NCBI RefSeq assembly: GCF_000150275.1
Contig: NW_002060946.1
Coordinates: forward strand, 7,111,855 to 7,175,854
Source: Trichoplax adhaerens
Taxonomy: Eukaryota; Animalia; Placozoa
Reading direction: 5' to 3'
Length of the DNA: 64,000 bases
Positions within the stretch are counted from its first letter, which is position 1, and the number at the start of each line of letters is the position of its first letter. A program made the position numbers and the translations under genes. Under the pieces are notes generated by a model that saw only the letters and a list, made by a program, of their open reading frames with translations, made no database searches and was not told the DNA's origin. Shown here piece by piece: positions 37,850-64,000 of the stretch.

Positions 37850-38825
37850 TACTGTACAATCTACAGTACATTTCTACTTACATTTCTACGTACTGTACAT
37901 ACTGTACTGTACTGTACTGTACTGTACTGTACAAGTGTCTACAATCTACAGTACATTCTATAGATTGCATTCTATAGAATGTCCGAATCCTTACTGTACT
38001 GTACAGTACATTGACCGTGACAAGTGGCGAAAAGAGCACAGTACTGTATCGTACAGAAATTTAACTACGGATTCGAAATCTTCAACTAATACACTATCGT
38101 TTGAATTACTTTTTTTACATGATTTGATCAATATTAAAGCATTTACAGTACTTAATTAATAATCTGGAACGAAAAAGATCTCGCTCTGTACAGTACAGTA
38201 CAGCATAGTAGTGTACCTTGTACTGTACAGTGTACAGTGTACAGTACTGTAGTTGAAAGTCACTGCCTCGCCATGGACTACAAGTACTAGAAAATCTACA
38301 ATCTACCTGGACTGGACACTCCTCTGGACGGACAGACATTTGGCCTACTTTGATTCATCAATTGTGCCAAACACTTCACTATGACACTACTTTAGTATGC
38401 AGAACGGTCAATTCTGAATGGACTAATTTTTTCTAAATTAAGTAAGATTACATTGTATTCCTTTGCCTGATACTAAGCTCTGCTTGGAAGCAGTCACTGT
38501 AGATCATGAATGTTATTTAAATGAATACGAGTGATTTCGAAAATAGACACAGAAGATCCATACTGAGTAGCTATTTTTCGACCATATCTGCCATCAAAGT
38601 CCGTCCATCCGAGGAGAGTGCTCCATCCAGTGGTCCATGTCCATATTGTCCCTGTTCCCTGCCCTGCCCTGCCTGCCCGTCGGTGCTGTCTATTGGTACC
38701 GGTACAGTACCGCAAAGTTGACACTGTACTGTACAGTGTTTAGTACTGTACCATATCAAAGCGATCACTCGACATTACCATCGACTGCAATACCTTACTC
38801 AATCTTACTAAGGTAAGATTGAGTA
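37850..38825. promoter_or_regulatory. PI4KA upstream region with (ACTGT)n/(TACAG)n arrays and locally raised GC
   Basis: (ACTGT)6 at 37901-37930, further clusters at ~38187-38250 and ~38723-38751; lies 0.6-1.5 kb 5' of the first coding exon. Confidence 0.55.
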
Positions 38826-39381
38826 GTCTATAGTACTGTATGACGGTAGCAGTGAGCAGTAGACCCTCAACTAGACACAACCCTGGCGCGACTGTAGTTC
38901 CAGTTGGCCAACTCCAAGACGGATCAAGAGACCAAAGCCAGAAAGGCTGCCCAAAGTGGACAATCTATTTCAGAATTCAGTTGAAATTCTCCCTCTATTC
39001 CATTAGTGACATCCATTAACGGATTTACCTACGCTTGGTCGATTCATTTCCTGCAAGTAAAGTAGTGGAAATTCCCTTGTTGACCATAGTAAGTCTGCAA
39101 TTCAATGTATTCATTGAGGATTCATAGAATGGGAAAAATGCCGGATAGTGGATAACATCACTGACGGCTGATTCCATTGCTAGGTTACCGTAAATTTGTC
39201 TACTATACGATCCTCACGAATAAGTAGAAAAACACCAGGAGACGATTGTCATGATTAATAAATAAATAAAAGTAGTTGAAATAATTACCTAGTCCATAAA
39301 TTGATTTCCTTCTTTCTTATAGTGTCCAAACTGTTTAAAATTTAAAATTTAAGACAGCTTGAATGGAAATAGTGGATAGCC

Positions 39382-50065
<10,684 letters not shown>

Positions 50066-53000
50066 TTTTTGTATAAATAGCTACGGTACCTTCAAGTATA
50101 TTTTAAGTTACTGTAAATATGTTTAAGAACGTTCAACTGTTTAATCCATTACATAGAGATTTCTATTTTTATTACACGATATCATACTGGCTGCATTTTT
50201 GCAATCCTCAAAACATTTAAGTATCATGAATATTCTATTTCATGTAGCTTCAAACGATACTTTATTGTGAGGAAAAATATCTATTGCAAGATGATAACTG
50301 AGATCGGATACATTGAATGTTAACGTGATCTATTATAATTAACTAAAGCCTTGTTTTTGTTCTAATTCACTAATATTGATCATATTAAGGGATAAGCATT
50401 TACTTGTAAATTAAGGATATTGACTCCAGATTTATACTGTTCGTGTAAGAAAAATATGACTAGAAATTGCAGTGGATTGTGAACGATCTATTTTTTTAAA
50501 ATATATACTTGTCCAATTTGTATTTATTAATTACATGGAATTATTCTTAAGTATCTTCATCTTATATTATATTGATTGTAATTCATTGCGGATCAATAGT
50601 AATTAAAAATATTTTCGTTCCTCTCGTACACCGCACAAATGCTGACTGATTTTCGTTAAAGATAATCGTTTCTTTACATATGTAATTATTCTCCTATCAG
50701 AAATGAAAAATATACGGATAAGTTACTGTAAGCCTCTTCAGCTTTCATTAAAATTCGATTAGCTAGTATAAACATTGTAGAATTAAACTGTTGTATAATA
50801 GAGCACAGAACATTCGCTCTACGTTGAAAAAATAGTGTTAACTATGTAATAGGCAATGGAGGCAGAGTCTACAATGTCTGCCATTGTTATTACTACACCA
50901 TTTGCAATGATTCACAAGTTCAATTGTATTCAAATACAAGAATATAAGTATTTTTATCCATTACCGGTATTCATTCGAAACTATTCATTTCCTATGCTAC
51001 CTTTTACCCGATAGTACTTGCATACGAGTCCACGCGATGTCTTTTTGTAACCCCTCTCACGTGTCACTATTATTAAATTTTTAATATATTATGTCAATAC
51101 CAATAACAGATAGTAACGAAGCGACAATGAAATTTAGTAAATAAAAGTAGTTCCGTATAAGGACATTGGGTACAAATATCGTTAATAGAAAAGATGTAGT
51201 TTCTAATATTATGGCCACGAGCGAAATTATTATGTGCATTATGGTAGAAATACCATCAATTCCGTTTGCTAATATTCTCAGTTTATATAAAATCTAAATT
51301 TAAAGGCTCCAACAATAATGATATTATTACTAAAATTTGGATTAATATTTTTATTAAAGCGTAACTACGGTAAGAGGCTACCGGAAAGTAAACATACAAG
51401 GCTACATTATGTTATTTGATCAGTTGAAGTATGGCTATCCCTCTGAAAATGTTGCTTCATAACACAGTTACCATGTGTAATAAAAGAATTAGTTAAAAGG
51501 ATGCCAAAAAAGAAACTGTGTCATTCTCCAATATAATTATTATAATTAAATATTTAGTAGCGATTCGCAGAAGTTCCGGTTAAGCTATTTAAGTTTGTTT
51601 ACGAAAAATGTCAAAATTTTAATGGGTTTTCTAGTAATTGTTGCCATTGCAATATTGTGCAGGCAATTCAAGGTTACATCTGATCTCATACCAATGTCTC
51701 TTGTCATGTAATTTCAATCTTAGACGTTATTTCTTTAGGTTATAAGCAATATTATTTAATAATAATAGATAAAATCAATTGTAGTCTCAATTGTTGTTAT
51801 ATCGTGCAAAATATGCCTGAATCGTAATTCGGAGAAATATAAGACGCCTACGCGAAAGTTACATCCGTTTTCGTGCCGATGTTTAGAGATATTCACACGG
51901 CTATTTTGTCAGTAAATGTAGATATACGGTAATCGGCATGCCCGTAATATTTGCTAGACGATCTATAACGTATACGCATATGTGTATACCATGCACCAGC
52001 AACCTAACAATTATATCAGTACACGTAAAATATAGGCTAAAAATATACGCAATCAGCACAAAGTTACATTTAATATTGTAATAAAAGCTATCACGTTTAC
52101 CGTAAAAGCCAATGTACTTTACAGTAAGTTATGAATTTAATTCTGCATGAAAATTGAATTATCATTTAAGACGTGTTAATAGAGTAATACTATAGAGGAG
52201 GCTTGATACAGAATTATAAACATACAGTAGTAACCCCTTCAACACGCAAACTTAAATTGTAAATAAACAATAACTAACATTTCATAGACGATCGTCTCGG
52301 TTATATCTCATATCTCATGTATATTACCTAATATTTCCTTGAAAATAAATATAAATCCCGTCATTACTCTCTATACGCGTATATCGTACTTGTGAAGTAC
52401 ACTATTTCAGTTCAATCAAGAATAATGCTTTAAATGTTGAATTGAATCATGTCATAAAATTAAACAATATTTTCCAAATATTAATAGCAGCAAATTTCTC
52501 TAATATAAGTATTTTGTATTACACCTTAAGACGTTATTTATTCCGATTCACATTTCATCCCAGTAAATTATTCACTGTATTTATTTCAAGGTAACAAGAG
52601 TGTATAATATTTTTATTGATATTATCAACAGATTGATATCCCTTATTGTAAGAATGTACACTTGGTCAAATTGAAAGAAATTCCGTACTTTCTACCGATG
52701 ACAAGTTATAGTGAAATTATAAATTACTGTTTTCGATCAGCCAATTTTCTAGCATGAACAAACTGTAACATTTTTCAACAGCATTATTCCAATTTCTAAT
52801 ATTCACATCGATTAATACGTTTTCATGGATCAATATCATCAATTAAAATAAAAGTTGAAAATTTTAAATTATAAGCGTATTACTAGTGAAGACAATACAA
52901 CACAGTAATACAATGTTGCTAAACATTAATACAACTAAGAATATAACTTTGACAATTCTGTACAAGAAATTTTCCTTCTAACATAATATAATATTCTTAT

Positions 53001-54230
53001 AATCTTTGATGGCTCATAAGCATGTAATGCTATCAGCCAACATTTAGTACACTGCATTTATTACCCTACAACAAACACTTACAACAGTAATCACCATCAT
53101 AAGAATGCTTCGTAATACTTTGAGCATTAAATCAGGATAACAGATCAAATAATTGTTATCAAATAGCGGCCAAAAGGAATAAAAGAAAAATGAATCGAAT
53201 GTACTTTTATAATGACCACTTAAAATTATAGCAGGTATACTGTATACATACCATTGCGTATCATCGCATTGGTAGCTATCCAACAGGCAATCATTATCTG
53301 TGGCGAGTAATATATCTACAATGTTAAATAATCTTAATAATCTTCAGATCAGAATTATAACAGCGGTTTATATCCATGTAAGTTCCAAAAATATTATGAT
53401 ATATAGATGTGTACAACAGGATTAAATTATAATCTTCGCTTAAGTCTATAATGGCCAAATTAACTTAATAATTTTCAATTCATTCCTAGCATAATATCTA
53501 ACAGTGCATGCTCGAATTCAATAAAGGTAAAATTAGGGGAACATGGCAGGTTTTAAAAGACTTTTTTAAAATAACTTATTGTTAGTATATAACGATACTC
53601 GCAGTCAAGCTCATCAATTCTTTGAGCTATATATTGACAGCAACAAAGAAGTTATCTAATCCTTGAACGTGAAAAATTCGACGTACCTCCTATTCAATAG
53701 CGGCTACATTACGAATAGATGCTCTACACGTTCTACAATTAGTAAATTTATGCTGTACAAATACGGATATCGCAAGGATGTTCATTGATTATAATCATTC
53801 TCAGAAATTATGCACGCGAGTGCAATTATACGAACAACCGGATAAACAAGGTTATAGATTTGGTAACCAACAGAGTAATGATACTGGTTTTGTCATATTA
53901 TTAACACAATATATAAGCGACTTGATACTGTAAAATACAACATACCGCAACAAATACTTCCGCGGCATGTTAAATTTTTTTACAATCTACTTTTAAATTG
54001 TACTGTATATTATTTACAACAACAATTATCAAGAGCTGTGAAATTGGATATGCTAATAACCTTGACTTGCAAATTATTCCTCTTTTCTTCATAAATATGA
54101 ACAAAAAATTATGTTATAGGCGTATAAGTATTACTTAAATACTATAAGATTTAAGACTCACAATTTGGACATAAACACGTACATCAGATTAGCAAAATAA
54201 ACATATATGATGTAGAATCCACAAGAAATT

Positions 54231-63094
<8,864 letters not shown>

Positions 63095-63241
63095 CTCCCT
63101 TAAAAATGGACTAAACGAGGCGACAAAAAAAAGCTGGAAAACAGAAGAAAAAAAAATGAAATGGATCTGTCATCAACTCTCTATTTACTGTAATTTAGCG
63201 AACACATACAGGCGAAAAAACAATGCGTTTATACTGCACTG

Positions 63242-63409
63242 TCAGGCATCAGCGAGCACCGTATGCCTGATACGGTGCTCGTACAGATTACAGTACAGTA
63301 CACTGAGTCATAGAAATTGGAAATCTGACTCTCCCTGCAGTACTGTACACGGGAGACTCTACAGTATTACTACAGTACAGTACAGTACACGGTACTGTAC
63401 TGTACTGTA
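63242..63409. promoter_or_regulatory. SIK upstream region with TACAG/CTGTA arrays and two perfect inverted repeats
   Basis: 12-bp stem hairpin at 63253-63281; 18-bp stem tacagtacagtacagtac-acg-gtactgtactgtactgta at 63371-63409; both 150-320 nt upstream of the ATG. Confidence 0.55.
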
Positions 63410-64000
63410 TTTCGTTTTCGTTTTACTGCACCATGGCAGTGCGCATGACTACGGCCAATTGCTGGCGTCATTCAGTCATCAAGATGATCGGCTACTCTTG
63501 CCGCTGTCGGGCTGTCAAAACAGTAAGGTAGTTTAGCGTGCATTCTATTCTTACTACAGCAATGGATTAGTTAATAGGTATCACCTGAAATCTACTGCAA
63601 ATGCAAAAGGTGAACTTAATCAAGCAACTACTGTACTATTGGACTGGAAAAGTGCGTGACAGACTGACAGTGCGGCGTGAGAAAGTGCCAAATGGCAGTT
63701 TAGTCACTTTCCTTTCTTGGTACACTACCTCCTTTATTAGGGGGGTACCTCTGAGCGTTTAATCCAGTAAATAACTAAATTATTTACAGTGTCATTCACT
63801 ACGTACTCTCTTCTACTGTGCAGTGTACAGTACAACAATAATACGGCGTACTGAAATGACCACCAACTAACGGCGAAAAGAAATCAACTGTTCTGTCGTA
63901 TTAAGTTCTAATTTATTGAATGCAGTGGATAGTTTCCAATGATTCTTAGAATATGATTCGACTGCAGTCGTTTCGTTTTAAGGATTTTATCCCACACACT

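Noticed and set aside
37833-38768. Cys/Tyr/Thr/Val-rich ORFs in the PI4KA upstream region, and 63156-63536
   Set aside because: Translations of ACTGT repeats and GC-richer promoter DNA (YCTVL repeats); not protein-like.

Overview
AT-rich, intron-dense animal genomic DNA. The short GT-AG introns, vertebrate-like intron positions and adhesion-GPCR content suggest a basal metazoan, most likely a placozoan; this is an inference. The ORF track is mostly exon fragments or noise, so gene models were built by reading splice sites and phases by hand. Right half: two conserved housekeeping genes arranged tail-to-tail, PI4KA (+, 39382-50065, with one ~3 kb exon) and a salt-inducible kinase (-, 54231-63094). 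Both upstream regions carry (ACTGT)n arrays and perfect hairpins. Left half: a fast-evolving receptor region. It holds an apparently functional C-type-lectin adhesion GPCR (-, 13540-24793: CTLD, Ser/Thr stalk, GAIN with intact HL/T site, 7TM, tail) and a second CTLD exon running off the left edge. It also holds decayed coding remnants, a MITE-like inverted repeat and many local duplications. Most notable: a second, diverged copy of the receptor's four cytoplasmic-tail exons sits just downstream (10454-11710) with no 7TM of its own. Three of the four exons are intact and phase-compatible, so they could supply an alternative C-terminus ending in a PDZ-type motif. The receptor's stalk also appears to be turning former exon sequence into intron.
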